A stretch of 63,543 bases of DNA, the filler included, from Chiloscyllium plagiosum (lineage: Eukaryota): the NCBI RefSeq assembly GCF_004010195.1. It is 3 parts of one record of this genome, joined end to end, with 100 filler letters (N's around TTAATTAATTAA, not from the genome) between each part and the next. Parts side by side here need not be neighbours in the genome. Positions count along the whole stretch, not along the records: positions 1 to 29,291 come from NC_057711.1; 2 more parts are not named here. One strand, 5' to 3'. The translations under genes and the position numbers were made by a program. Every line of letters starts with the position of its first letter. Position 1 is the first letter of the stretch. The notes beneath the pieces were generated by a model. The model was not told where the DNA came from, did no database searches, and was given only the letters and a program-made list of their open reading frames with translations. Shown here piece after piece: positions 13,006 to 27,419 of the stretch.

Positions 13006-13318
13006 GGGCAGCACGGTGGCTCAGTAGTTAGCAATGCTGCCTCACAGTGCCAGGGACCCGGGTTCAATTCCCATCTTGGGCAACTGTCTGTGTGGAGCTT
13101 GCACATTCTCTCAGTGTTAGCGTGGGTTTCCTCCGGGTGCTCTGGTTTCCTCCCACAGTCCAAAGTTGTGCAGGTTAGGTGAACTGGCCAAGCTAAACTG
13201 CCCATAGTGTTAGGGGTAAATGTAGGGGAATGTGTCTGGATGGGTTGCTCTTCGGAGGGTCGGTGTGGACTTGTTGGGCCACAGGGCCTGTTTCCACACT
13301 GCAGGGAATCTAATCTAA
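13006..13318 (+). mobile_element. HE1-type V-SINE (tRNA-derived shark SINE), full length
   Basis: gggcagcacggtggctcagt A box, gggttcaattccc B box, V-domain gcgtgggtttcctccgggtgctctggtttcctcccacagtccaaag, and a CR1-like tail with (aatct)n. Confidence 0.9.
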
Positions 13319-13391
13319 GCGGAGGCATTAACAATAAAACTCCTTAATATGCAGTACTCAGCTATCAAAATGCTTTTAAACCAAAATTTAC

Positions 13392-13527
13392 CTTTAGTTC
13401 ATGATAATCTATCGCTTCATCTTTGTCAGTATCAAATAAATCAAAAGCTTCTTTAATCTCCTGCTTCTGTTCTTCTGTTAATTCTCGGCGTTTTTTCCTT
13501 TTTGGCTTATCTATCACAAGCTCAGTT
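13392..13527 (-). CDS. CETN3: Centrin-3 coding exon 2 (136 bp; N-terminal basic stretch and first EF-hand)
   Basis: Reads (R)[45 protein letters not shown], almost identical to vertebrate centrin-3. Polypyrimidine ...tttcag acceptor and gtaaat donor. Exon 1 (17 nt) plus exon 2 (136 nt) = 153 nt = 51 codons. Confidence 0.97.
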
Positions 13528-15409
13528 CTGAAAGAAAAAAAAAGTAAAAATTTTAAAATTTTTGTTCACCTTTTGATAAACAGCTACTCAAATCCAAATG
13601 TTAAGCCATATAAACAGCAAATGTAGTTTTACTAACGATTATACAAAATCGTTTGAAGTTAACCATCGTGGATCCCATCATATTTGGGCTAATTTAGCCA
13701 CATTCCCATTTGTAATGAAAAATATAGTCAGTACAGTTCCCAACACCAATTTCGAGATCGCGATCAAGAGAATTTACCCCACTATCAAAATCTTTAAACC
13801 GGATCCTCCCCAGTTTCTTAATTGTAAGATGACGCCACCTTTTACATTAATATTCTCAAAACAGAACTTAAAATTTCTGTTTCCAGTAACCTGCAGATTT
13901 CTAACCAAACTCTGATGTGAAAGTTACACAATAAAAAACATTTCTACAAAGGCAGTTGTTTTCCCTGAACTCTCAGACCTCTTAAAAAGAGAGAAACTAA
14001 ACGAGCTTCTGACCTCACTTGGGTCTCCTCCAAACCGAACACTTAGGGCAAACATTTCTCTAAACTAATCAATCCTCAATTAACTTATTTTTAATTCGGA
14101 ATTATAACTTTTCACATTTAACTGCATGGGAAAACCACCACATTATATTTTCCATAACACCATCAGAGTTAACAGCCACTTGCTTTCCGAGCAATGTTCC
14201 AGGTTGAAGTTTGAATGGTAGCTAATGTCACTGCATACTCAGGAGGTTGAGTGTCGCATGGCATGTTTATAGAAGTGGTTTGCTCAGCTTATGAACAACA
14301 TGCAGAGGGGAATGGGTGACTGCCAGACAGTACAAGGAGTTTCTCTCTAACCAGTATTTGATTTTGAACACTAATCAGGACAAGGGTCATTTGTATTGGG
14401 CTGAGAACAGACCAATCCTTGGTAAACTGGATTAAAGACAACTGGCAGGCTAAGCTCAGAAATGATAAAGCATGAAATTGCTAGGCAATACAAATCCTAT
14501 CTGGTTCAGCATTCTCCTTAGAGAAAGAAACCGGTCATCTGTTGCTGGGTCTGACCCAGATATGGATTCCACTCCAAAAAATGAAGTTGCCTTATAAAAG
14601 TCCTAGCAAGCCATGTAGCTGTACCAGATACTCAGCAAACAGGGAACCAACTGGCACTCAATATGACAAATCTTTTTAGTGACATCCAAGGTCCATGTGC
14701 CAAAATTGGGAGAGCTGTCCCACGCCATTCATGCAACAGCTTGACAATCAATCACTTCAGAGCTGGCACAGGAAAAAGTTACGAGAATGACTTCAGGGAT
14801 ATTAGACTTCAGTTACATGATGGATTGGAAAAGATGGATGTTCTCCTGAGGGGAAAAAAAAAGGAAATTTGATAGAAATGTTCAAAACTCTAAAGTCTAG
14901 ACAGAAATGAGTAGATATTAGATTGAAACTACTCCAATTGGCAGAAGGCTCAAAAACTAAAACACACAATTTAGTGATAGCAAATTAGGCAACAGCAACA
15001 TAAGGAAGAACTCTTTACACCGCAAGTGGCTTTGGTCTTGGATACACTGCCAAGGACAGCATCGTGGAAGTAGATTCGGTCCTGGTTAGAATAGCAAGGT
15101 AGAAAGAACTTGTAAGATCAGCTGTCCAAATGTGTCATAACTGTTCGATGATTTATTGCAAGAATGAAAATAGTCAAATCGAAACTCATTTGCAGTGGAG
15201 TCACAATCAAAAGTAAAAGGAATTGAATTTTTAATACTTAAATTACATCACAGTCAGAGACCGATTGTTAGATATCTTGATTAAGTCATTGCAGCTACTA
15301 TACATTATCCAAGACAGGTCACTGTTACTTCTCTTGTCTGTTATAATACACTCCCCATCCGTAATCTTATAAAGCCCCATCCCCAGTCCGGTGATTTCAC
15401 GATCTCAGA

Positions 15410-17710
15410 CTGACAATGGCAGCAACCACACTGTCCTCCTTGGAATTTTCCCTTCCCCATCTCTCCTCACCTCAGACCTCGCACTCCAAGTGTGAGGCAC
15501 TGCCCAGTGCCGAACTGTTTGACTGCGGTGGAGTATAGACAATCTCAGGCCAACAGCTGTACCTGGTCTCCAGTTGTCTTGGACGCCCCTTGCCACTGGA
15601 CCAAGACCTTGCGCTGCTAAACCCATGTGGTAACCTGTGTGCAACTGTTTCCCCACGTTAAAAGAATCCTCGCACAGGTACCTTCCACATCCTCAGGATG
15701 ATGTTTGGGACCTGAATGTTAGGACCCTTATGAACAATCCCACCAGTGACAGACTGGAATGTCACACTGCCATCATTGCCCAGGAACTCAGGAGCTATGA
15801 TATTGACATCACTACCCTGAGTGAAACCTGGCAGGCGAGGTGCTGGGTACACCTTTTGCCAAAGGGTAAAGCCAAAAAGCACTGCATCCATGGAGGCGGC
15901 TTTGCCATCAAAAACGAACTGATGGACCAACTCATTTACTCCAGTGCCAACATCATTGCCTGCAAATACTCGGTTGACCACTCAAGCAGTAAACAACAAG
16001 ACTAGTTTGATGAGAATGATCAAGCTATTAAGCCAGAAAGACGTGGCATTTTAGTGTAAAACAACAACTACACAATAGAAAAAGGCAGGCCTCCAGGCAG
16101 CTGAAAGCAGATGTCCAATAACAAACCCGCAACAAAGAACAGGTGGTCGCTGGACAAAGCACTGGAGACCAAACAAATGACCGACAACCAAGCGCTGTTA
16201 AGACCATATACAGACCAAACACCCAAGGCCCCAACCTAACTGCTGGCCACGGGCTGAGTGACTCTTACCAAGGATAAAGAAGCCATCAAAAAAAAAAAAA
16301 GCTGGGTGGAAGCACTTCAGAGAACTCGTCAACCAGGGCTCTGTCACTGATCCCACAGAATACAACACCCTAGCCTTGCACAAAGTAGAGAAGGCTGTCT
16401 GCCAGCTTAAGAGCAAGGCTGCTGGAGCAGCCAATATCCCTGCAGAGGCACTGAAGTGGAGAGGCAAAGAGCACCTCCTGCAGCTGCACGCCTTTGCTGC
16501 CTTATCTGGAAAGAAGGGAACACCTTGGAAGAGCTCAGAGATGCCATAATCATGAGAACTTTCAAAAAAAAAAGGGAACAAAATAGAGTTGCAAATTACA
16601 GGGAATTCTTCCTGCTGTCGACTCGTCGAAAAGTCATTGCCAAGGTCCTTATCAACCATCTCCTCCCTGTGACTGAGAAACATTTCCCAAAGTTGCATTT
16701 TGACCTTCTGCTACGGAGAGCACACGGACATGATTTACACCGTGCAACAGCTGCAGAAGGAAACTTACCCCTGTACGTGGTCTTTTTTAACCTAAGAAAG
16801 GCCTTTGACACTGTCAATTGGGAAGCGTCCTTCTCCACTTTGGTTGCGCTGTGAAATTTTTCACCATCTTTCACCTGCACTGCAATGACATGGAAGTCAT
16901 GGTAGTGACAAATGGCTGCACCATTGACCCATTTGCACCGGTATCAAGCAGGGCTGTGCCAGCACCCCAACGCTGTTCTCAATATACCTTGCTACAAGGC
17001 TTTACCTTGCAGTCGACAAGCTCTCCACTGGAGTGGAGCTAACTTACAGGACCTGTAGGAAATTATTCAACCCTGCTGCCTTCAAGCAAAAACCAAAATC
17101 CATCCAACCAATGTCATTGAGCTACAGTATAAAGACAATGCTCACGTGCACACATGCACACCATCAGCACCTTTACAGAGGCATACAAATTTATGAGCTT
17201 CACCATAAATACCCACAAAATGAATTTCCTCCATCAACACGACCTGGCATTGTGGAACAACCTCAACCCCCCCGGATCACCTTGGTCCATGGGGACACCT
17301 TAGAGAATGTTGACCACTTCCAATACCTTGGAAGCATTTAATCAGCCAACAGAGTTATCGAAGGAGAGTTCCAACATCGCCTCCAGTGCACGAAAGCAGC
17401 CTTCAGCCACCTGAGGAAAAGGGTATTTAGAGGATAACAACAACAACATTAAATCCGACACCAAGATCACAGTTTACAAAGTGGGAGTAGTTCCTGCCCT
17501 CCTCCTTTCTGGCTCCAAGACGTGAGTTGTCTACAGTAGACATCTCAAGGCGCTGGAGTAGTGCGCAAGATTCTGCAAATCCACTGGAAAGAAAGACATA
17601 TCAACACCAGCATCCTCGACTCGGCCAACATCCCCAGCACTGAGGCACTGACCACCCTTGATTGGCTATGATGAGCAGGGCACATCATCTGTATCCATAT
17701 GACACCACCT
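15410..17710 (+). mobile_element. RTE-clade LINE, decayed with internal deletions
   Basis: APE segment 'NVRTLM...TAIIAQELRSYDIDITTLSETW', RT segments 'NYREFFLLSTRRKVIAKVLINHL' and 'LYVVFFNLRKAFDTVNW', and C-terminal 'LENVDHFQYLGS'. Confidence 0.85.
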
Positions 17711-17797
17711 CGTGCCCGTGCCCCCCCACCACCACTCAATGCATTTTGCTTTTGCATTGCTTAAGAATGAATCTCAAAAAGATGATTAGAGACCCAG

Positions 17798-18135
17798 AGG
17801 GTGACATGGTGGCATTGCTACCTCAGTGCCAGTGACCCGGGTTCAATTCACTGTCAGGTGACTGCCTGTGTGAAGTCTGCACATTTTCCCAGTGTCTGCC
17901 TTGGTTTCCTCCAGATGCTGCAGTTTCCTCCCATAGTCCAAAGATGTGCAGGTTAGGTAGACTGGCTATGCTAAACCTATCCAGGGATGTGCAGGCTAGG
18001 TGGATTGACAATAGAAAATGCAGGGTTATAGGGAGAAGGTGTGAGGGCAGGTCTGGGTGGGGTGCTGTTCAAGGGCCAATGTGGACTCAATGGGTCAAAT
18101 ATCCTGCTTCCACACCGTAGAGATTCTAATGTTTC
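17798..18135 (+). mobile_element. HE1-type V-SINE, diverged
   Basis: Same head, V-domain and tail layout as 13006-13318. Confidence 0.85.
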
Positions 18136-18279
18136 TATGTTGTCTGTACCAATTAATTTATTTTAATACCTGAAGACTTCAGTTGGATGATATCTTTGGC
18201 TTCAAGATAGTGAATTTGCAGATACATTCTATTTCGTTCAAAAAGCACACAATCTGTCAGCAGTCAGTATTTTTTATAA

Positions 18280-18705
18280 TCTGTGAAATTTTATAAATTC
18301 CTACTTTGAAAATAGTAGTCTGACTCAAGACTGGAATACACAGACTCTAACCTCACCTTTAATGGATTGTCTGAGCTGAGATGTCACCGTTTTTTTATAA
18401 AACCTTATCTCGAGAATGTGACTTGAAAGTAGTTCTGGAATTTACATAGTAACAAACCAAAACTTGCAACCCATTCTAAAAGATGAAAGGCTTAACACCA
18501 ATCTAGGTTTGTTCAATAAATTGCATCTGTTGCATGACACTAAGATCTTTTGCTATACGCTTGTGTCCTATGATCCTGCTCCACTAGCTACCTGAAGGAG
18601 GAGCGGCACTCCAAAAGCACGTACTTCCAAATAAACCTGTTGAATTATAACCTGGTGTCATGTGATTTTTCTCAAATCTTGTCAAAACTCACTGATTTTT
18701 AACTT
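18280..18705 (+). mobile_element. PLE family B pseudo-LTR with a degenerate HHR
   Basis: cctgaaggaggagcggcactccaaaagcac...ccaaataaacctgtt...ataacctggtgt, homologous to 32860-33180. Confidence 0.7.
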
Positions 18706-18714
18706 TTTGTTGTT

Positions 18715-21700
18715 TCAGCAGCAGCAAGAGCAGGAGCGCTGACCAGGAGTGTGACAGGAAGGGGAGTCACTGATTTAAAAACTTACCTCCTGAATAGGCG
18801 GAATGCACGCTGAGCAGGAGCAGACACTGGACTGCTGAGTAAGTGAAGTAACATATTTAGCTGGTTGCGTTACCCAAAATACTACTTAGCTTATATCCCC
18901 CATCCATCCCCCTCTAACCAAAAAAAAAGGTCTGTGAGCCAGGTAAAATAACTAGGTTTCTTCTAATCCTTTAATTTTGCTGCAGTATCTTTAGGAATTT
19001 AGAATGTTGGGAATGGTGGTTAGGGCAGTTGAATGTTCCTCCTGCAGAATGTGGGCAGTAAGGGTCACCAGTAGCGTCCCTGCTGACTTTCTGCGGGAAA
19101 CGCACCCAACTCCAGCTCCTCGAAAACAGTGTTAGGGAACTGGAGCTGGATGAACTTGGGATCATTTGGGAGGTGGAAGTAGTAATTGAGAGGAGTTACA
19201 GGAAGGTAATCACACCTCAGGTGCAAGAAAAAGGCAGATGGGTTACAGGCAGGGGATGGAAAGGGAACCAGCAGGCAGTGCAGGGAACCCCTATGGCTGC
19301 TTCCCTCAGTAACAAGTATACCGTTTTGAATACTGTTTTGGTGGTGGTGGGGGGTGGGGGGGGAAAGGGAGGCGTCTTACCAGGGGTACAGGTCTCTGGC
19401 ATGGAGTCTGTCCCCTATTGCTCAGAAGAGAATGGGGGGGAAAGAGATGAGCTTAGCATTCATTATTAGGTTTGGGAGTGAGAGGCACTCACAGTTGGTG
19501 TGTTGCCTCCCAGGAGCCAGGATTCGTGATGTCTTAGATCGTGTTTTCAGGCTCCTTGAGGGGGAAAAGGGAGCAGCCCCAAGTTGTAGCCCACATAGGC
19601 TCTAACAACATAAGTTGAAAAGGGACGGGGATGGAAGGCAGAAATTCAGGGAGCTAGGGTGGAAGCTTAGTGCTAGAACAAACAGTTGTCATCTCTGGTT
19701 TGTTACCCATACCATGTGCTAGCAAGGCAAAGAATAGGAAGAGAGGAGTTGAACACGTGGCTACAGGGATGGTGCAGGAGGGAGAGTTTGGGATTCCTGG
19801 ATAATTGGGGCTCATTTCTGGGGTAGGTAGTACCCCTGCAAACAGGATGGTCTATACCTGAACCAGAGGGGTACCAATATCTTGGTGCGAATTTGCTAAT
19901 GCTCTTCGGGAGGATTTAAACTAGTTCAGCAGGAGGATGGGAACCTGAATTGTAGTTCCAGCATCCAGGAGGTTCAGTGTAGTGAGGTCAAAAATAAGGT
20001 TTTGAGGTCACAAGAGTTCGCCCGCGAGCAGGAAGGTGGTTTGAAGTGTGTCTACTTCAGCACCTGTAGCATTCAGAATAAGGCGGGTGAACTTGCAGCA
20101 TGGTACCTGGGGCTTCAATGCTGTTGCCATTTCAGAGATATGGATAGAGTAGGGAAAAGAATGGTTGTTGCAGGCTCTGCGATTTAGATGTTTCAAGAAG
20201 GACAGAGTAGATGGTAAAAGAGGGGCAGGTGTTGTATGGCTAGTCAAGATTAGTATTACGGTAGCAGAAAGGACGTTTGAGGACTCATCTACTGAGGTAG
20301 TATGGGCTGAGGTGAGAAACATTAAGGAGAGGGTCACCATGTTGGGAGTTTTCTATAGGCCTCCAAATAGTTCCAGAGATATAGAGGAATGGATAGAAAA
20401 GATAACTCTGGGTAGGAGTAAGAGTTACAGGGTAGTTGTTATAGGGATCTTTAACTTTCCAAATATTGACTGGAAATATTATAGTTAGAGTACTTAAGAT
20501 GGGTCAGTTTTTGTCCAATGCATGCATGATGGTTTCCTGACACAGTATGTATGCAAGCCAACAAGGGGGGAGGCCACTTTGGATTTGGTACTGGGTAATG
20601 AACCAGGCCAGATGTTAGATTTGGAGGTAGGTGAGCACTTTGGTGCTAGTGACCATACTTTGATTAAGTTTACAATAGCAATGGAAAGGGATAGGTATAT
20701 ACTGCAGGGCAAGAGTTATTGCTGGGGAAAAGGTAATTATGATGAGTTTAGGCAAGATCTAGGATGCATAGGATGGAGAAAGAAACTGTAGAGGATGGGC
20801 AGAATTGAAATGTGGAGCTTAATTAAGCAACAGCTACTCAGTGTCCTTGATATGTACCTGTTTGGCAGGGAGAAAGTGGTTGAGCGAGGGAGCTGTGGTT
20901 TCCTAAGAGGTTGAATCTCTTGTCAAGAGGAAGGCAGCGGCTTATGTTAGGATGAGATGTGACGGCTCAGTTAGGGTGCTTGAGAATTACAAGTTAGCCA
21001 GGAAAGACCTCAAGAGAGCACTAAGAAAAGCCAGGAGGGGACATGAGAGGTCACTGGCAGATAGGATCAAGGAAAATCCTAAAGCTGTCTATAGGTATAT
21101 CAGGAGTAAAACAATGACGAGAGAAAGATTAGGGCCAATCAAAGATATTAGTGGGAAGTTGTTCATGGAGTCCAAGGAGATACAGGAAGCGTTAAATAAC
21201 TAATTCTCATCAATATTCACACTGCAAAAAGACAACGTTGTCAAGGAGAATACTGAGATACAGGCTACTAGACAAGACAGGATTGAGGTTCACAAGGAGG
21301 TGGCGTTAGCAATGCTGGAGTATGAAAATAGCTAAGTCCCCTGGGCTGGATGGTTTTTATCCTTGGATTCTCTGGGAAACTTGGGATTTCAGAGCTTTTG
21401 TCTTTGATACTTATGTGGTCATTGTCCACAGGAGTAGTGCCAGAAGACTGCAGGATAGCAAATGTTGTTGGCCTTGTTCAAGGGGAGTAGAGACAACCCT
21501 GATAATTATAGACCAGTGAGCCTTAGTTTGTTTGTGGGTAAAGTGCTGAAAAGGTTATGAGAGATAGGATTTATCAATCTAGAGAAATAAGTTGATTAGG
21601 GATAGTCAACATGGTTTTCTGAAGGGTAGGTCATGCCACATAAACCTTACTGAATTCTTTGAGATGGTGACAAAACACATGGATAAGGGTAAAGCAGATG

Positions 21701-23912
21701 GTGTGGTGTATATGAATTTCAGTAAGGCATTTGATAAGGTTCCCCAAGGTAGGCTATTGCACAAAATACAGTGACATGGGATTGAGGGTGATTTAGCAGT
21801 TTGGATCAGAAATTGGCTAGCTGAAAGCTGAAAGGGTGGTGGTTGATGGGAAATATTCATCTGGTGTTCAGTTACCAGTGGCGTACCACAAGGATCTGTT
21901 TTGGGTCCACTGCTGTTTGTCTTTTATAAAAGTGACCTAGATGAGGGCATAGAAAGTTGGGTTAGTAAATTTATGGATGACACGAAGATCGGTGGAGTTT
22001 TGAATAGTGCTGAAGGATGTTTCAGATTACAGAGCAACTTAGATAGGCTGCAGAACTGGGCTGAGAGGTGGCAAAGGAAGTTTAATGCGGAAAAGAGAGA
22101 GATGATTCACTTTGGAAGAAGCAACAGCAATGAACAGTACTGGTTAGCAAGGTTAGATCTCACGGAATAAAGGGAGAACTAGCCATTTGGATACAGAACT
22201 GGCTCAAAGGTAGAAGAGGGTGTTAGTGGAGAGTTGTTTTTCAGACTGGAGGCCTGTGACCAGTGGAGTGTCATAACGATCAGTGCTGGGCCCTCTACTT
22301 TTTGTCATTTACATAAATGATTTGGATGCGACCATAAAAGGTACAGTTAGTAAGTTTGCAGATGACACCAAAATTGGAGGTGTAGTGGACAGCGAAGAGG
22401 GTTACCTCAGATTACAACAGGATCTAGGCCAATGGGCTGAGAAGTGGCAGATGGAGTTTAATTCAGATAAACGCAAGGTGCTGCATTTTGAGAAAGCAAA
22501 TCTTAGCAGGACTTGTACACTTAATGGCAAGGTCCAAGGGAGTGTTGCTGAACAAAGAGACCTTGGAGTGCAGGTTCATAGCTCCTTGAAAGTGAGTCAC
22601 AGGTAGATAGGATAGTGAAGGCGGCATTTGGTATGCTTTCCTTTATTGGTCAGAGTATTGAGTGCAGGAGTTGGGAGGTCATGTTGCGGCTGTACAGGAC
22701 ATTGGTTAGGCCACTGTTGGAATACTGCATGCAATCCGGGTCTCCTTCCTGTCAGAAAGATCTTGCGAAACTTGAAAGGGTTCAGAATAGATTTACAAAG
22801 ATGTTGCCAGGGTTGGAGGATTTGAGATATGGGGAGAGGCTGAACAGGCTGGGGCTGTTTTCCCTGGAGTGTCAGAGGCTGAGGGGTGACCTTATAGAGG
22901 TTTACAAAATTATAAGGGGCATGGATAGGATAAATAGGCAAAGTCTTTTCCCTGGGGTGGGGGAGTCCAGAACTAGAGGGCATAGGATTAGGGCGAGAGG
23001 GGAAAGATACAAAGGGACCTATGGGGCAACTTTTTCACACAGTGGTACGTGCATGGAATGAGCTGCCAGAGGAAGTGGTGGAGGCTGGTACAATTGCAAC
23101 ATTTGAGAGGCATTTGGATGGGGATATGAATAGGAAGGGTTTGGAGGGATATGGGCTGGGTGCTGGCAGGTGGGACTAGATTGGGCTGGGATAACTGGTC
23201 GGCATGGACAGGTAGGACTGAAGGGTCTGTTTCCATGCTGTACATCTGACTCTACTGGGCTAATGGAGATGAGCAGAGGTATCTCGGTGTCCACATACAT
23301 AGATCCCTGAAAGTTGCCATCCAGGTTGATAGGGTTGTTAAAAAAGGAAAACTATGTGTAAGCCTTTATTGCTAGAGGGACTGCATTTCAGAGCTACAAA
23401 GTCAAGCTGCAGCTGTACAAAACTCTGGTGTGGCTGCACTTGAAGTATTGCATACAGTTCTGGTCACTGCATCATGGGAAGGATGTGGAAACTTAGGAAA
23501 AGGGTGTAGAGGAGATTTACTAGGATGTTGCTGGTATGGAGAGAAGGTCTTATGAGGAAAGGCTGAGGGACTTGGGACACTTTGTTAGAAATAAAGGTTG
23601 AGAAGTGTCTTAATTGAGTTATATAATCAGAGGGTTAGATAGGGTGGACAGTGAGAGCCTTTTCCTCAGTTGGCGACAGCTAGCACAAGGGGACATAGAT
23701 ATAGGACAGATGTCAGAGGTAGTTTACTCAGTAGTAGGGGCATGGAACACACTGCCTCCAACAGTAGTAGACTCGCCAACTTTAAGGGCATTTAAATGGT
23801 CAATATATAAATATATGGATGAAAATAGAATAGTGAAGGATAGATAGGCTTCAGATTGGTTCCACAGGTCAGCACAACATTGAGGGCCGCACTGCACTGT
23901 AATGTTCTGTGT
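18715..23912 (+). mobile_element. Nearly full-length decayed CR1 LINE in CETN3 intron 1, antisense to the gene
   Basis: ORF1 relic from about 19003 (ECSSCRMW zinc finger, coiled coil, esterase-like VCCLPGARIRDV and DGLYLNQRGTNIL). ORF2 APE about 20040-20700, RT about 21300-22140 and 23260-23800, then 3' tail. Confidence 0.9.
22144..23252 (+). mobile_element. Younger CR1 3' fragment nested inside the older CR1
   Basis: Duplicated RT motifs ([13 protein letters not shown]...KFADDTK) and its own 3' tail. Flanked by tactgg at 22138-22143 and 23253-23258. Same subfamily as 61737-63543. Confidence 0.85.
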
Positions 23913-25159
23913 TTATATAACTTCGATCATTAGTGGCTGTGATACTAACTCAAATCAAATAGCTCATAGGCTATAAATAGCATTTATTTTGTAGCTCCCA
24001 AACAGGCTTCAGGCAATTAATATCACTACACATAAAAATAATGTTCCCTGAAGGTAGAGGGATCCACAAATTAATTTACTAAATTTAATAATAACAAAAA
24101 TCAGTATAAATTCATCACCCAATACAATGTAAAATTAATGAATACATTGGTTACTTTTTCATCCTTCATCTGGTTTTAAAAGACAAGGTGAGAGACTCAA
24201 CATTAAGTCAATATGCCGTTTGACTTGCAAGATAACTTGGGAGTTGGAGGAGATTTCATGCACTTGCTTCCTTTGGCCTTCCAGAATCCTTTCAGCACAA
24301 ATTTCTACCGCTACTGATCTACTAAACAACATCCCAACCTCAATCCTAGTAAACCTAATCCCTACAAAACCTATTACACATATACAAACTGGCCTTCCCT
24401 TCTAATATAACCCTCATCGCCACAAGGGACAAGTTGAAGGGACACAGACTTAAACAGAATAGGTAATCAACTGGTTTAAGCATTTACGGCCAAATCAGAA
24501 AGCACTCAAGTACTGCTAATATCTGCAATTGCTCATTTTTCCAGAATAATTCTCAAATGCTTATTTTTATAAAGGAAGACCACTTCACGCAATTCTCATG
24601 ACAAGTAGAAATTTGTGGATTTTGTTTTAAAAAAAATCAGTGTGACATAACCATTCCAATCAACTGCAGGTCCTTTCCTAGCTCATCATAAACTTCTTGA
24701 AAACTCTCTGCTCTAGGGCTGAACTTGTTCCTTTCTTGAGACATCTCTCCTATTGTCCATCATTCTCATGTCATGAGACCCACTTCCTGTGCTTTCAATT
24801 CTTATTCATTCTAAACTGCAGTTGATAAACCCCCTTCTTGGCTCCGACATTAATGACATTTTAAACAGTTCTCAGTTCAGATTTGCCTCTCTCCTCCCAA
24901 TTTGTGATCACCAACCCTTTCGTTAAGGGGAGAAAGATCTCAATCTTTAAAAATTGCCAAATCTCCAACTTTCTTACACATTTGGTGAACTCCCAAATTC
25001 ACGCCCATTTTTCACTCAATTCAAATCTCTCCAAAACAGGTGTCCTAATTTAGCAAAGTTAAAATGACATCTATCAAACTGGCAAAGATAGACTGAGCTT
25101 CAAAACCACTGAGGTAGAGAATTCCAAAGATTTATAACCCTCAGAGTAAAAGAATTACT

Positions 25160-26580
25160 CTACAACTGGTCCAATCCTGCCAGCATTAGCTCTAGGAATG
25201 TGCTTCATTATCTAGTTCGGTTTCTTGACAACCCTTGCCCAGCACATTATTTTTATCCAAATAGTCCAATGCCCTTTTGAATGCCTCGGTTGAATCTGCT
25301 TCCACCATTGTTCCAGGCAGTGGAATCTGTACCTTAACTGCTGGCTGAGTGAAAAAGTTTATTTTTCTCATATCACATTTGTCCTTTAGCAAATCACATT
25401 AAATCTATACCCCATCGTCCTTGTTCCTTTTACAAGCAGAAAAAAGTTTCTCCTTAATTACTGTATTTAGCCCACTCAATTTTGAAACCCTTTTTCATAT
25501 CTCCTCTTGGCCCGGTCTCAAAGAAAAGTCCAAACTTTTTAAGTCTATCCTCACAACTGAAGTTTCTCATCTCAAAACATTTTCTGTAAACACCTTCTGC
25601 ACTCTCTTCATTGTGTCTATATTCTTCCTATAAAGAAGTACCCAGAATTGCACACAGTACTCTAGCTGAGGTCCAACAAGTATCTTAAAAAAAAATCAAC
25701 ATCACTTCCTTGTTTTTATACTCTCAACCCCAAAAATGCAGACAATACTGTATGCTTTACTTAGTGCTCTCCATTTTTCCTGCCACTTTCAGTGATCTAC
25801 ACACACACACGTCCCTCTGCTCCTGCACTCTAGATTGAAAGACATTTGAAATAAAAAGGTGATGCAATGTTTTTCCTACCAAAATGCACCACCTCACACT
25901 TCTCTGCATTGAATATCATCTGCTACCCATTTGTCTTCTTCAACTTATTGATGTCCTTTTGACTACATTGTCCTCGTCATAGTTTAAGTGATGTAACGAC
26001 TACATATTCAAACTGACACTTGTACACCAAGATCCCTGGGGAACTCCACTTCAACTCCACTCCTTCATCCAGCCCAAAAAATATCCATTGGCCATTACTC
26101 ACTTTCCGGTCAGTGATCCAATTTTGTATCGACATTGCTAATGACCCTTTTATTCTATTAAAATAGTACTCAATACATAAGTGCGTGTCAAACTTCTGTA
26201 CATTTTAAGCAAGACTTCACTACTCCTGTTGTTAAATGCTTTGCAATAATTGCTTGCATTCTGTTAGCTGTCTTATAGCTTGCTGCACCTGCATCTTAAA
26301 CTTTCAATGACTTATCAAGAAGAGCATCTTGGTCCCTTTGTGCATCTATACCTCCCAACTACCTACCATTTAAAAATACTCTACACATCTGTTTCTCCTG
26401 CCAAAGTGGGTAACCTCTTTTTCCCCACATTATATCCCATCTGCCATGTTCTTCCCTACTCACTAAGCCCTGTCCAAATCCCATTAAGCAACATTATCTC
26501 TTCCTCACAACACATATTCCCACTTAACTTTGTATCATCCACAATTTGGAAATATTATATCCAAGTCATTGATATCCCCA
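25160..26580 (-). mobile_element. Old CR1 3' fragments
   Basis: Decayed reverse-complement RT C-terminus (ORF 25192-25392 'NFFTQPAVKVQIPLPGTMVEADSTEAFKRALD'). Confidence 0.7.
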
Positions 26581-26824
26581 TACATAGGCCCTAGCTATTC
26601 GCAATGTCGAAGTTTTGATCCTTGCATTAATTACCCCATTAGTTACGTCTGCTACAAAAAAAAGTCAAATCTGAAAAACAAAAATAGAAAGCAAATACAT
26701 GCAGCTTGGTTGGCAAGTCAACAGATTAAATGGATGTTTCCATAGAGAAAGCACCAAGGAAATGAGAGCTCTCAGTTGTTGAAAAGGCCACAAGACTTGG
26801 GTGGTTGGTCTTCTTTTCTCGACA

Positions 26825-27128
26825 GAATCATAGACTTTTTGCAATGTGGAAACAGGCCATTTGGCCCGACAAGTCCACGCCGACCCTCTGAAGAGTAACC
26901 CACCCTGACCCATTCCCCTACACTATATTTACCCTTGACTAATGCATCAAACCTACATATCCCTGAAACTATGGGCAATTTATTATGGCCAATTCACCTA
27001 ACCTGCACATCTTTGGATTGTGGGAGGATACCGGAGCACCCAGAGGAAACCCACGCAAACAGTTGCCCAAGGCTGGAATCGAAACCGTGATCCTGGCGCT
27101 ACGAGGCAGGAGTGCTAACCACTGAGCC
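26825..27128 (-). mobile_element. HE1-type V-SINE, internally deleted
   Basis: Reverse complement of the SINE head, V-domain and tail. Confidence 0.85.
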
Positions 27129-27419
27129 TTTTGTTTGCAAAAGAGTCCCTTGCATGGGAGTGCGTTACCTCCAGCAATTAAGGATCCACAACTAACGTTC
27201 TTAAAGTGGCTGTTAGCGTGACTTGTATAAAATTAACTGGTAAATTTCAGTAGAACGTCAGGTACTGAGGCCACATATGCCAGATACTGGCTGATCAAAT
27301 GAAAAATCCAGGGTGACGATACTCACACGCTGTTGGATGGCACTGAGCAGCACAACCCCTAACTACTAAACCAAATGCATCGTAACAACGACCGAATCTG
27401 ACGACACTTGATGTCGACG

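Noticed and set aside
13006..13080. tRNA-like sequences (also about 10330, 17800, 27060-27128 and 55970)
   Set aside because: They are SINE heads with A/B boxes and no complete cloverleaf, mostly continuing into a SINE body.
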